DNA from: Balanoglossus misakiensis
Lineage: Eukaryota > Animalia > Hemichordata
Direction: 5' to 3'
Length of the DNA: 64,000 nt
Assembly: GCA_040954595.2 (NCBI GenBank)
Contig: CM082578.2
Location: 16,414,998 to 16,478,997, forward strand
Shown here: positions 51,401 through 64,000 of the stretch, piece after piece
Position numbering within the stretch: the stretch's first letter is position 1
Layout of the letters: each line of letters starts with the position of its first letter
The notes under the pieces: model-generated
The model's database searches: none
What the model saw: the letters and a program-made list of their open reading frames with translations, nothing else
What the model was told of the DNA's origin: nothing
Translations under genes and position numbers: made by a program

Positions 51401-54400
51401 TTGTAACAAGCAGCACACACAGCTGACTCAGAGCAGGTTTGCGACTGTATGTTGAAGACAGACAATGCAACAAGAGTAAATGTAAAAAAACATTGAGATG
51501 CATGCTTATTAATTGGACCATTTCACCACACCAGAATTGATGTCAATCCCAAAAATCTGAATTGACCACGATCTGACAATATCACTGTACTTTTTAACGC
51601 AGTCACTTATGGTTTCCAAATTGAGGTCCATATACTTTCTTGCAAGAAACTGTTCGATTTGGATGATAGCCTCGGTGGTTACTCCCATTGCAGATAAATA
51701 ACTGATACATTCCCACAAGCGATCCTTGGGTAACATCTTAGTACAAAGAGAGAAAAAACTGTTAGCAGTGGCTTTTTAATGAAATTTCTCTATGGAATAT
51801 ATAGTACTCCAACTGCAAAGGCAGTACACATACAAATACACGTACATCAATACACAGATAAATCATTTTAAAATATTGACAAAGTGTAAGGGTTATCACT
51901 CAACTGAAACCACCACTGTCCGTGCATGTCTCGACTTGCAACAAAAAATTCTGTGCCTACCCTTCGTTTATCCAAGGATTCCTTCTTCATTTCCATGGTC
52001 TTCCTGAGGACACACGCTTGGAAATAATCCTCCAGGATGGATTCATGTCCAGGTTTTGTATGTGATATTGGTACGAAAATATTCTCCAGGAGCCACATAG
52101 ATGAATCCTTGGGTGTCCAAATCTTGCGAGATTCTTTATCAAACTGGCAAACATCGGGGGGAAAAAAATTCATTGTGCAAATTTGATCACAGCTTGGTTC
52201 AGGCATTTCAATATTATTTAAATATTCACCCATATGCAAAGAATTCTCATGTGATTGGCAGAACTGAAGTAAAAGGATTCATTAACCATTTGAACCCAGC
52301 TTGGAAAAGAAAACTTTGAAGCAATCTTGTCTGATCTTTGCATGTATTCAGTAATTCACATCAGCTTGAAATTACTATGCCTCACCTCTGTCAGTTGCTT
52401 ATCCAAAAAACCAAGTTCTTCTAAAATCTCCAACAAAACAGGATAGTACATCACTTTCTTATATTGTGTTGGTTTTTCTGTGAATAGAAACCTGAAAAAA
52501 CACAATCAAGGTGTGCATTTCTTTACATTTAAACATGACAATATAAAGTATACATTTTTGTTCAACTTCATTCTAACTTTATAGTCTGAGAAAGTGAACC
52601 TAAAATCCACCAACCTGCAAAATTCACAGCACACTTCTCTTGGCAGATGACAGATTTCAGCAATGGCTTCATCAGAGTCTTTGATTATATTGAGTAACTC
52701 TGTTTTATGTTTTGTCACCATAGTATATTTGGAAATTTTCAATGTTTTCTGCAGTCCCCCACCAGCTATGAAATGTCCCAAGTTGAGTTGTTTCTTTGCC
52801 AAGTATATAGCTAGCTGAATAAAAGACATTGATTCAAGTGTGTTAATTAATACACAGACCATCAACGTAAAATATTCCCTACATTGTACGCATCTCAGAA
52901 TTTTAAAATGTACTCAATATCCAAACGAAAACTTCTGTCAGCTTGTTGACAAGGTATCCACACAAGTTCATGGTCTACAAGGGTCAATTTCTCCACACAA
53001 AAATAACAAGTGTCAAATACATGTCTTTTCACCTTAAAGCCATGTCTGGTCAGCAAGATAGATCCCGTTTCACTGATGTCCATAAAATAAAGAACAATAT
53101 CAAGCAAATCCAACTCCTTCACTTCTTTGTACTCCTATTAAAAAAACAGTAGTTACAAATCACACTATTTAATCCCATAGTCTTTTGCTATTGCATTGCA
53201 AGTTTCACTTTGTGAGCTACTTTGCTTTTCATGGTATGTTTAAATGATGTACCTCTGCTTTCTTTATCAATAATATCCTCCTTAAGAACTGAAACCGAGA
53301 TAACTGTTTGGCATCATCTGAGAGTGGAGACAGACAGTAAGAGTCCTTGATATATTCCTGATTCATTGATTTCGCCTCAGAAGTGCTGTGTTTAGACTGG
53401 TCTTTGTAGTCTCTGAGCTGAGAGACAACTTCGGGTATCTGTGATGAAGAGAGATGAAAACAGTCAACCTCAGTGATAAACTCCATGCTGGCATCTCTTA
53501 GCAAAAAAACAAACCAAGTGTCTATCGTGGTTGTAGCACTCACCAATCCAATGGCGGCTTCTAAACTCACTCGACTGGTGTAACAACATGCTGACAATAT
53601 TTCAAATGCATAACTTTGCAGTGGTTCTTGGTCACCATGTGCCAACTGGATGTACTTCTCGAAGACTTCCTGGAAAACACAATGTGATACTTTCGGCCAT
53701 GGAGAATTGGCAGTGACATGATTGCAGGAGACAATTAAGAAGTACTCAATCTATACATATGTCAGAAGTAGACTAACTGTACACCCAGTAAGATCTTCTA
53801 CATGATGGACAGAAAAACACAGGAACTTGCCAAATTATGACTTACTTGAATTTCTCCATAAAGATCACCATATTGCCTCCTTATTGATGCATTCCTTGGA
53901 GCCAAGCTCACCAGAAGTCGACAGACAGCTGTCACCAGTTCTTGGTTGCCACATTTCAGAGCAGTTTGTAAAAACTGAGAAGATTGGAGTACAAATGTAT
54001 TAGGTGGAGCAGTCATGACATGTCAACTCATTACTTAAAACTCATCTATCCTGCATTTTTTTCAAGCATTGCCAAAAATGACCGTGGTATACTAATACAG
54101 TAACTTATGTTAATTTAGGAAGGAAGGAAAGAAGAAAGGAAGGGATATTATAAGAAACTATGTTGTGAATCATATAACAAGGAGTTAGCTAGCACCCCCA
54201 CCCCTTGCTTGCAATATAATAACTGCATTGTCAAGGCATGAAATCCCCAATAAAACAGAGTAATTAAGTGTTGATCACCTGGGGGGGGGGGGGCACTTAA
54301 AGACACCAAGACGAGATATTCCTTACCTGTGTCATTACGAATGTGCATAACTTCTCAAGAATCATATTCCACTCAGGCATGTTTTGAAACTCATCTATGC

Positions 54401-54887
54401 AGTCTGCCTTGTCACTGTTCCTTTGATAAGGATCCTCCCAGCTATTCAGTACACCTTGAGTGTGTTCCTCTAAAATTTCAGCAAACCTGTAAGTGTAAAG
54501 GAAACCGACAAATTGTTACTTTTCATATGTAAACCCCGTGAGGAAATTCACTGACACTAACTGGTGCACTAATCTGCGCGCCCACTTGAGCTGCCAACTT
54601 TCTACATCCGCATCAAAGCTGCTTAAGTGTATCGTGTATGTACATCTATAAACCATTACCTACCATGTCAAATGTTTAACAATTCTACGAACGAAATCTT
54701 CCTTATCTGATGGACTCAATTTCTGCTCCGTTTCACTTTGACCTCCCGTCAACTTATGGCCATCCGATCGGCCTCCATCGGACGTGATATTAGGGTCGTT
54801 CTCTGGACCCGGAGAAAGTAATGTCAGGTCAAAGTTATTGGTAAGCTCTTGCACAATTTTAGCCACGCGTTTGGTAGTATCTGTCAT
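45485..54887 (-). CDS. DCAF1: Divergent DCAF1/VprBP-like protein A (ARM-like N-terminus, LisH, HLH/H-box, WD40; many small exons; short C-terminal tail)
   Basis: Exon peptides are collinear with DCAF1 as I recall it: FAEILEEHTQ..EDPY; AVCRLL; QEPLQSYA; CLSPLS; FIAGGGLQK; ADEMRCLAVRCL; LMESPVHPDK..HEDFC.HAAKLI; LisH YSETDLLKLMKEHFISK/GLSQTADILSKEAKLP; PSLDIIVKKYL; KYSRFH; WD40 [29 protein letters not shown]...GLFHPAG; YDARTF; RTFDTTNYETIAT; VYEFGRKRFVDEEE. ATG at 54887, TAA at 45485-45487. Not every internal exon boundary was resolved. Confidence 0.85.
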
Positions 54888-55469
54888 ACCGACCTTTGCT
54901 GATTTTAAGTCAGGCGCGTTGTGTATGGTAAAAAGAAAAAATAACACGGGTTTGATTACTGGAGTAATATATTGAGTTTCAAATACAAATCATTGACCCG
55001 GAGTCGGTGGAAATATAGCAAACACTGCGATATTAAACACATAAATGAAGTCCTGGGTCAGGTGGACGTGGGGATCCTGAGATGGGACGTCCCGTTTGGG
55101 AATCTAAGACCACCTAAGTGCCCGAAGATAAAGTTTTGCGTTAAGGAAACCCCGGGACGGTCTTAAAAATAACAGTGGTTATTGTTTCATTTGTTTGTAT
55201 ATATTTGTTAGTAGGAGATACACTTTCAAAGATGTACTAGTCTTCGAAGTTTAACAACTTTATTTGAGATTAATTACCATGGGAGAAATAGTTGCTATGA
55301 TAATTATTAGCAAGCTAGACAGTGTACATTATTTACAACTTATCTGGGTCAGATGAGGTCAGCGCATTTCCTGATCACAGTATTACAGGTGTACCGGTAG
55401 CCTCATTTGTCCAAGGAATATGCTGTAAACATAAAACTGTCTCAGAATCGGTAAACAAAATTAGAAAAC
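54888..55469. promoter_or_regulatory. Putative bidirectional promoter between the two DCAF1-like genes
   Basis: 582 bp separate the two divergent start codons. Inferred from gene geometry only; transcription starts are unknown. Confidence 0.55.
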
Positions 55470-58400
55470 ATGGGGCTGGAAGCTGTTGAACTTGAAGAAC
55501 TTGTGCTGCTGATTGTCGAATGGAAAAGAATCCTTGCGGCAACTGGCGATCGACATATACCTCTGGCAATGGTGCACAGGTATATTACTTTCGTTTTAGC
55601 GTTACGTTTATTTTACTACCGGAACTTGCAACTCTAGTAGATTCCGCATTTTCGCCACAGTCTGTGAGGTGATTGCTAGGCTGGCAAAGATGCTGTTTGT
55701 ACTAATAGTGTACTTGATTGTGTACTGATTGACACAAGATGTTCATTATATATTAATTATCTTTTCATTTGAACAGAATGGCAGAGTTGATGGAAGCTGA
55801 AATTGACCTATTACTGGAAGGTGAAGGTGATTCAGAAAATGCCCTGCAAAGTTTCAAAATCTTGACAACTATAATCTTGTCTGCTGGCAATGCAGACTTC
55901 ATGACTGAGGTAATTGGACCAAACGATATATTCATTCATAATGCAGATTTCAGTGTGTTTATTCTATAGAACATAAAATTTAATCATATTGAAAATTAAA
56001 AGTAAAAGGAAATAATGGAAGAAAAGGATCTTGATGTCTTGGATTTTGCCTTCTTTTCTAATTGTTGTGTGTGATGATCTTTTACAGCTGATCAAATCAT
56101 ACATACTAGAGAGTGACAATGCTGACAACAACATAGCTGCAATGAGACTGCTGGTGGATTTCATTCCAGAAGAGACTTTTCCTAATCAGTTCCCTTACTG
56201 CAACACCACGGTAAGAATTGACGAGGATGGAATAAACAGGCAGTAAATTTCCACTGGAGATCAGGTAGACTTCTTTTAAAGATGAAGGATGGGCTGTTAT
56301 AACACAGGGCAGTCATTGGGGGGGGGACTCTTGTATGATTGTCATCCTGTACTTGGAAATCTTTGGGTTGACCAGTGGATCATTTTTTGTGCTTTTATCG
56401 CAAAAAAACAAGTTTTGGAAGAATTAGAGTTTATTGCCGAATCACATGACATCTTAATATCCTTTAAGAAAGGTGCCTATAGGATATTTTTGTGAGGGTT
56501 CATCTGATGGCTTTTCTTTGCAGTGGTCAATTTGATGGATAAATTAAGTATGTTTTCTAGTCTGTTTATGCATCCTACATTTCATTCTTTGATATTGCAG
56601 TACATTCATTTTGTATGATATCGCAGGTTTTAACAAGAAGATTATATGAATGGTCATTAACAGCAGAAGAACCGCTCAAAACCTATGCAATAGGATTGCT
56701 TGCAAGGACCATGGAGGTTGAAAAATTAGTTGTCCCATTTCATGATTACAATTTACAGTTAGTAAGTATAGTGTAGCCTTTAATTACTCATTGACTTCCA
56801 TTTCTCCATTTCATATTTTAAGTCATCATTTGTTGAAACCTTTCCTTGTTTGTGTCACTTACTGTTGTGACTTTTTTTTCTAAAATGAATGGTACCTTTT
56901 ATATCATCATTATTTTGTTTCTGACAGGTTCCTCAAGTTCTCAAGGAACTCCGGGAGCTGAAAACCATATCGCAGTCACAAAGTCAGGAGAGTGCCAGCG
57001 CTGGAGCTTCATCGCCCCAGCCATCAACATCAGGGAAAAGACCCGGAACAAAGGCAAAGGGAAAACAATTCCAAGCGAGCTTGAAAAAAGTCCACTGTCT
57101 TGTTCCAATGACAGTAACCTCACAAATAATCTTACGGTTGAGATACCTTACTTACGCATGCATTCAAAAACGGGTGAGATATTTTTATATACGGCAGGAT
57201 CATCTATGCCACAGCTGACTTATGAGGGGCGTTTTTTCTGGTTTACTTCTGTCAAAGTCCCACATTATTGTCGACATTGTCTTTCTTACAATATAAGCCA
57301 ATCTGACTGTAGTTTTGTCTTTAATTGTCTTTATCACCAGTTATCATCCTTAGTGCTTGACAATGGTGTGATGGATCTGGCTTTATACTACTGTGATTTT
57401 CGAAGCAACCACGACTACAGGGTGACTATCACTTGTCTACGGGTAGGTCTGTTGCTAAAAGTAATTTTTCATAATTTCAAAGGATGAACCAAAGCAAATC
57501 TGACAACCTTGCCCAAACTTGATCAGCATCAGTGATGCAAGTTACAAATATTGTTCAACTTTGCACCCAGTTTCATACAAAGCTTGACTTGTGTAACTTG
57601 GCTAGCAGGCCATTGCTACAGCAAGATCTTGCAATAAGCAGAAAATTATAGTACCGGTAGTGAAATGTTATTAGAATGGATAATCACAGTATTTATCATT
57701 GCATTCCAGATGTTAGGTTTTCTGCTCGTCGTCAGACAGGCAATGAAAGAGTTTCTGGTGAGGGGTGGTTTGGAGATTGTGCTGAAGACTCCGCAGTTCC
57801 CTCCTGCAATTCAGCTCCTGTCTCTCCTTTTGTCCGGAGGGCATCTGTTGAGCGGTCAGATGCCAACCATTTGTCGCTACCCGAAACATGTACTGACAGA
57901 CTTGATGAGGTAGAAATGGTCATTAATTCTGCAGTGTGTTTGTTTTGATTTTTTTTAAACAGTTTGTAAACTTTATAGCAAGGAGGGGATATATAGGCAT
58001 TATATTGTGTATGTTGTCAAATGAACCAAAATTGACAAAATTGTATCATCTGTCGTCCACAGTTATGAATTTGTCATGGTAAATTTCCGGGAGATGATCC
58101 CGGCAACCAATGGAAAACTTGCAATGCTGATGGCCCTGTCTCGTCCTGTATTCGTGGAAATATTTTATAAATTGAACGGACTCCGGAAAATGTTCGAATT
58201 AGTGAGTATAACCCTGGCTTTTAGATCTCAAAAGCTGGACATACCATTTCTTGGATTGGAGAGGTTTACCGTAAAATTCTCATCAACAGGACACTCCTCA
58301 TACCAAGTTCCTCCAAATCTCCCAGAGTCATGATACTCTGAATGACAATGCCACTCACCATCATGATTATATCATCATCTTTGTCATCATCCCGACCACC

Positions 58401-61400
58401 ATCTACTTCATTGTAGACACAAAAAGAGTTACCGAAGACGGAGGAAATACTGAAAGCTGAAAACAGCAATTCTATAAAAGACAAATGGGTCAGTGTTATG
58501 ACCACACCATTGAAGTTAGACTATCTGATTATAAAGCTGTATCTTCTTGGACACATCTACATTAAAGGACATCATGTGCTGCATGCCAATGCAGAGGCAG
58601 AGAACAGAGAACTTCCTTTGCATCAGGTGAGGTTGCTGTATGTTTCACCCTCAAAATGTCCCAATAATTAAATCTCACAGAGTCCTCAGATTTATATATA
58701 TTCATACACTATCATGTCAGTGTTGTGAATAAAAAACTGCCAGCTGTATGTACCATTGTAACCAACTTGGCTTGAAGTTTTTGCTGACCATGAAAAGAAC
58801 ATTGTCTACATCCCTGATTGTGGTATTTGATATTAGTTAATATGGGTAGTTCGATCTCTGAGGTAACATATGAGGATTAATGGTATGTTGGGTGAATTGT
58901 GGTTTAATCTCTGTTTTGTGGAAATCGTTGAAATTTGTGCATTTTGCAACTCAACAGGAGTTGCACCTGGCAAGAGAGGTGATCACGGATATGATGGATG
59001 CTGTGCAGGATGAAGCAATTTCCAGCATGGACCTTCCGGAAATACAGGAATTCAGAGAGCTGCACATAATGGAGCACCTGCTTCAGATGGTGTCAACAAG
59101 TGTATCTGTCCTACCAAAAGAGGATGAGTATGTTTTTTTTCAGTTTCTGTGCCGCAGCAGGGACGTTTGTCAGATAATTTGTGCATTGGATGTGGTGACA
59201 TCCACTTTGCTAAGTATCATTTGCTTATTTCTGGTGACACTTGTAAAAGATATAATTGGATAAATTCGAGTGTATAAATTATGCCGTGGGTGCACCTTTA
59301 TAAAAAAAATTATTATTCTTTGCAGATGTGATATGAAGATGTCCATCTTGGGTGCCATTCAAGGATTGGTGTCTTTTTACGATTTCATTCCATTGCTCTG
59401 TCAACCAATCCGAGTGGATGAACGTGTAGAGCATATGATTGGAAAATATGCCTATGGGATTAGGTAAGCTCTTTTTTTCATACATATTTTCTCTTATCAA
59501 AGCTCAAGTGGAATCATTTAAGAAGAAATAAGGGTATTTGCAATCTTGCTTTTTAGCATAGCAGAATTGAAAATTAAATACTTGTCCCCATACTTCTGTG
59601 AGTAGCGAATGGAATGATTAGTAATAATAATAATATATTTAATTTTGTTATCATTAGAATAGTCATATCACAGATTCTTGGTAGATTTCTCAACTCGGAA
59701 GAGGTGAAATTTGCTGCATTTGAGATTTTGACACAATGCGTTCGCGCAACAAAGGTATGTATTGGAATTCCACCTCAATACACATGTGTGTTAAATATGT
59801 AAGTGTGTGTAAAATGTCCATAGCAATGCATGTAGTCATATGTGCACGCCCATGCACTCACGTGTATTTTGACCACTGCCACTTGACTTATTCTGCATCT
59901 GTTTTGCATATACCCCTGGGTATTCTGTATCCGACACTAGATGCCATAGTCTGCTAGTTATTGTTAAACTTTTCTTTACTCTTTCACGTTGTTCAGTCTG
60001 AAGAGAGCAATGAAGCCATGGCTGCTGCAAAACGTCAAATACGACGATGTGTGAGAGACAATGGCGGTATCAGGGTAAGCCAGTTACCATAACAACTACT
60101 CCTACAAAATGAATGCTTCAATGTTCAATCGCTGTCATTAAGCCATAATCTGGAAAATTGCAGTCTTGGTGCAACTGAGTGTGTGTGAATCCAGGGTAAT
60201 TCTTTTTTGTTGAAGAAAGAACTTAAATATGAATAAAAACTGTAAAAACACTGATCAGCTGATTAAACACAATTTTGGTTTCAGATCATGATTTCAGCGC
60301 TGGATTATTGTAAAGATCTAAACAAGGTTGACTCATACAGGTGGTTAGCAACCAAAGCATTAATAGGGATGGCGTATAGAGATGAAGATGTCCGACTTTT
60401 GCTCAGCAAATTGCCTGTATTCCATGGACCATTACAAGGTATCTGCCCAAAATAACTTTTAGTGCATAACACATTGTAGAGTCTCTGTTAGCAGGTTACA
60501 ACAGTGCTGGAACTAAACCCCAAACTGATTTTGTTTTTGCTTGTGGCATAGCGGAAGGCCAGGACACCCTTCCAGTCATGCTCCCATGGCTCTAAACTCA
60601 ACTTCAGCGTACCTTCTCAAAATGGAACACTGCTGTCTAAGAATGGACCAGTCCAGTACAGCAGTCTTTTTAATTCTTTTTTCTCCTTTTGTGATAGAAA
60701 TGATGACGAGACCTGCAAAAGAAGACCAGGTTGAACACTACAAATACTTTGTCAAATATGGCAGTGATCTTCTTGGTAAGACTTTGGAGAAAAGTTGAAT
60801 TTCATATCACCATGTTGCTCTTCTGAAAACTGCTCACAACAGTCACATTCATATGAATCTAATATTTATAAAACTATTGATATTTTGGTAGATATTCTCT
60901 CTGGCAAGTCACAAGCTACCGACACACCACCAATAGGAGCTGATTTGGAAAAGTTGAGTCTCAGAGAAGTTTCTTCTGACAGAGAGCTGTTTGAGCTGAT
61001 GCATGAACATCTTGTATCACAAGGTAAGTGATTGTGTTGAATTTGTTTTCAGATATTATTATTAAGGTGTTTATAGAGACATTGGAATTCAAGACATAGA
61101 ATGAAGTGCTGTTGGCATTAATCTTTTAGGATTGACTGATACAGCGGAATCACTCAAGCAAGAAGCAAATCTGGCCATTGGGTCTACATACAAGCAACAA
61201 TCACGCAATACCATTGTAAGTATTTCATATTGGTACAATTGTATCATCCTTGGGGAAAGGGATTTCAGTTTGACGAAATATTACTCTACAAAGAGAAAGC
61301 TGCTCACTTATTGAACAGAAATGCCTGGTTTGAAATACAACAAGCAATGTATAGTTCCTTTTGTTTCTGTCAGATTTCGGCTCTCACTGGTTTGCAGAAA

Positions 61401-64000
61401 ACAGAAGAGTCTCCAAATGCAGTGTTTTCAAAGTTTCCATTGAGCTCAACAAGTTCATCTCCATCTGTCAGACAAGAACCTCAGCTTCCATCTGGAAAAA
61501 TCAAGGTCAGGGCAAATTAAATGCTATTTGACATGTTATCTGCAGGATATATAAGTGGTTGTAGTTCGGCTGATATTCTTATGAAAATGAAGGATGGATT
61601 TTGCGATTCCATTGTTTTGAATCCAGTATTTCACAGCTTTATGTCAAGTAACTAACGCAGGCTACTCTCTACATCACAGATGAAATGGAACAAGACAAGA
61701 CGTCCCTACATCTGTGAGAATCCTTATCTATGCAACATTGGAACACTCGGTGCCTCTGACAAGACTTCAACGTTCAGATCAATGATGAAGGAATATCTGA
61801 AACAAGAGCAGGCCCTATGTGAAAGCAATGCCTGTAGTTGTATGGAGTATTCTCTCACAAGGTAGGTGCTGTTTACTGACGTGGCAAATATTCCTGGGCT
61901 TACTTTTTACTCACTGGGATACTGTTGGGAATGTTGTTATGTATGGTGTCTTATGGATTGTTGAGTACATACAGTTTGACATTGAACTTGTACACGCACC
62001 ACTCTACTTATTGCCTCGTGTATGATTCCAGTATCTGATTGCATTTAATTGTTCTTTTTCTCTTGCTGTAGACTACACAAGTGTTCTGCCCCGAAGCAAA
62101 GAATTTATACACCGGGCAACATGGTACAACGTCAACAAAGAAAACAGGTGAGTGGGAGAGAGAGAGGGGGGAGAAGGGAGGGGAGAGAGACAGAGAGATT
62201 GTTAAAACAAACATTTCTTTTCCAGATCTCCCCTACAAGAGGCGGTATTGAAGGAAGGCGAATTGATAAACAGAGAGTGTACAGCAGGTTGGTCACATGA
62301 TCTGAGTTTTTGTACTTTATTTGAAAGATTTGGAATTTGGTCTTGAGTTCCTGTTTTGCTCGTTGAGCATTCAGTTCTGATAGAGGTTTAACTAACTTGA
62401 GGATTGCTAGCTGGTGCTGCAAGTTTGATGTTAATTGGCACAGCCGTGGAGCAGAGTTGTTCTGAGTTGATGTTGAAAGTTAATATGTCTCAACAATAGA
62501 TTACAGACACCCATCCTAATAAACTCTGCTTGAATTTAGCTTCCGTCCTCTGAAAACACTACCGAGCTCACCCAGTGAAGGATTTACGTGTGTCAAATTC
62601 CCAAAATTTCAGTATGTAAGTAATAGTTTACTTTTGTTAGTGTGTAACAGATTTTGAAACCTGTAAAAGGAGCATGATGTAAATTATTGGGGGGGGGGGC
62701 AGTTTCGGGCTTTTATCTTCACTTCTACAGTCTGATGTTACCCAATATGTCATGAACCAAATCTTTTCACTTCTGAATCATTATAGATGAGTTTCTTTCC
62801 ATAGCATGTTGGTACACAAGTATGCATCAGTAAATATGGGTTATTTGGTGCCTAATGAGTATCTTGGTCTGACGCAGCAAAGAGAATAAATGACCAAGAA
62901 AAGTTTCTGTTTCTATTTCATGTTTCAGCCGCTCGATAATCCAACATTAATGTTAGGTACCACCTCCGGACACGTCAACCTTGACCTCCACGTGAGCAAG
63001 GTCAGTATTGTCCCAAACCATCTGTCATATAATGAGATTTATTGGCGTTGTTCTGATATCAACTATTTTGATGAGTGATCCTTGACGTTTACCTTCTGTT
63101 GTATCTTTTGACAGGACAAAGTGAAAATGTCAACCTTCAAATGTCATGATAGTGCTGTTTTGGCTTTTGAACTATCCAAGGTATGCCTGCATATAAAATG
63201 TATCATATTTGGTACACTAAACACTAAATACGCTGTACAACATTCTTGAGGCTTGGAAGAAAACAAATATTGTTCCTCGGATTTGGGAGGGGAACTTGTA
63301 TGGCTTCATGTATATATTTCTTCATGTATTAAATAAGATTGACAGATTCCACTCTTAAATTCTGACCATCCCCCAATTTGAATTACCTCAACTACACAGG
63401 ACAGTAGGTTAATGGTGACTAGTTGTCAATACTTGCGACATGAAGTCCGACGACCAGTCTCAGTGCTTTGGAAGTTTGCAGACAACAGCAATGGCTTGTC
63501 TCTCCAGTAAGTCTCCACTTTTTGTGGTCTTTCACTCAGGTCTGATTTTCAGCTGTTCTTTTAATCAATTGTCATTTTTTCTTGATTAACAGTTAGTATT
63601 GTGTATTTACACATTGGTTCCCAGTGGAACCTTATTACTTTATCATGTCAATTGTTTTTGTTCCTGCAGACATGGTTTCTTAAGTGACAGTTATATGAGC
63701 TTTAGTAACACTTCAGATGACATGATTGTCAGCAATCGAGGCCTGACTGCTTTAGTAAGTGCAAAAAAAAATTCTCAACTTCATATCTGCAGTACTTTGA
63801 AAGATTAATCCAAAAGGTTGTAATTTATCCTGCAACACATTTGTGCATTGTATTTTTTCATAGTATGAAACTTCTCATCTCATTACCAGGTGTACGACAC
63901 TGAAACAGGTGGACAAATAGTCAAGTTGAAAGATGACCTGCGAGAAAACAGATACCGTAACAACAAGGCCATCTTTGACCCAACTGACACCATGGTGTTA
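55470..64000 (+). CDS. DCAF1: Divergent DCAF1/VprBP-like protein B (continues beyond window end)
   Basis: First exons 55470-55579, 55777-55909, 56088-56210, 56627-56761, 56928-57173 are in frame: EELVLLIVEWKR..RMAELMEAE; AAMRLLVDFIP; LYEWSLTAEEPLKTYAIGLLARTME; VPQVLKELREL. Further on: EFLVRGGLE; LLSKLPVF; HYKYFVKYGSDLL; LisH DRELFELMHEHLVSQ/GLTDTAESLKQEANL; MMKEYLKQEQALC; HKCSAPKQ; GGIEGRRIDKQRVYS; LMLGTTSG. Ends [16 protein letters not shown] at the window edge. Confidence 0.87.

Noticed and set aside
56846-57487. 213-aa ORF as a stand-alone protein
   Set aside because: It spans introns. The DCAF1-like exon 56928-57173 is in another frame, and only the last part (57341-57442) is true coding sequence.

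Overview
This is intron-rich animal genomic DNA, probably from a marine invertebrate; the species cannot be determined from the sequence. Positions 1-44.7 kb hold a tandem array of seven SLC22-family (organic cation/anion/zwitterion, MFS) transporter genes oriented -,-,-,-,+,-,+. Six are complete with 10 coding exons and one runs off the left edge; internal exon sizes are 104/155/172/(154-169)/77/209/109/210 nt. The paralogs show patchwork gene-conversion tracts, and one copy has lost two residues at the positions of the OCT 'YER' motif. Positions 45.5-64 kb hold two highly diverged DCAF1/VprBP-like genes (CRL4 substrate receptor) arranged head-to-head, with start codons 583 bp apart. The complete copy lacks the long acidic tail, and the two share derived motifs. 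Non-coding DNA includes a pogo/Tigger-like non-autonomous transposon with a nested Helentron/DINE-like element (239-bp tandem repeats), a perfect 191-bp inverted repeat in an intron, a 41-bp TIR element with a 9-bp TSD, and microsatellites. No rRNA, tRNA or CRISPR array was seen. All exon calls were read by eye and none is supported by transcript data.
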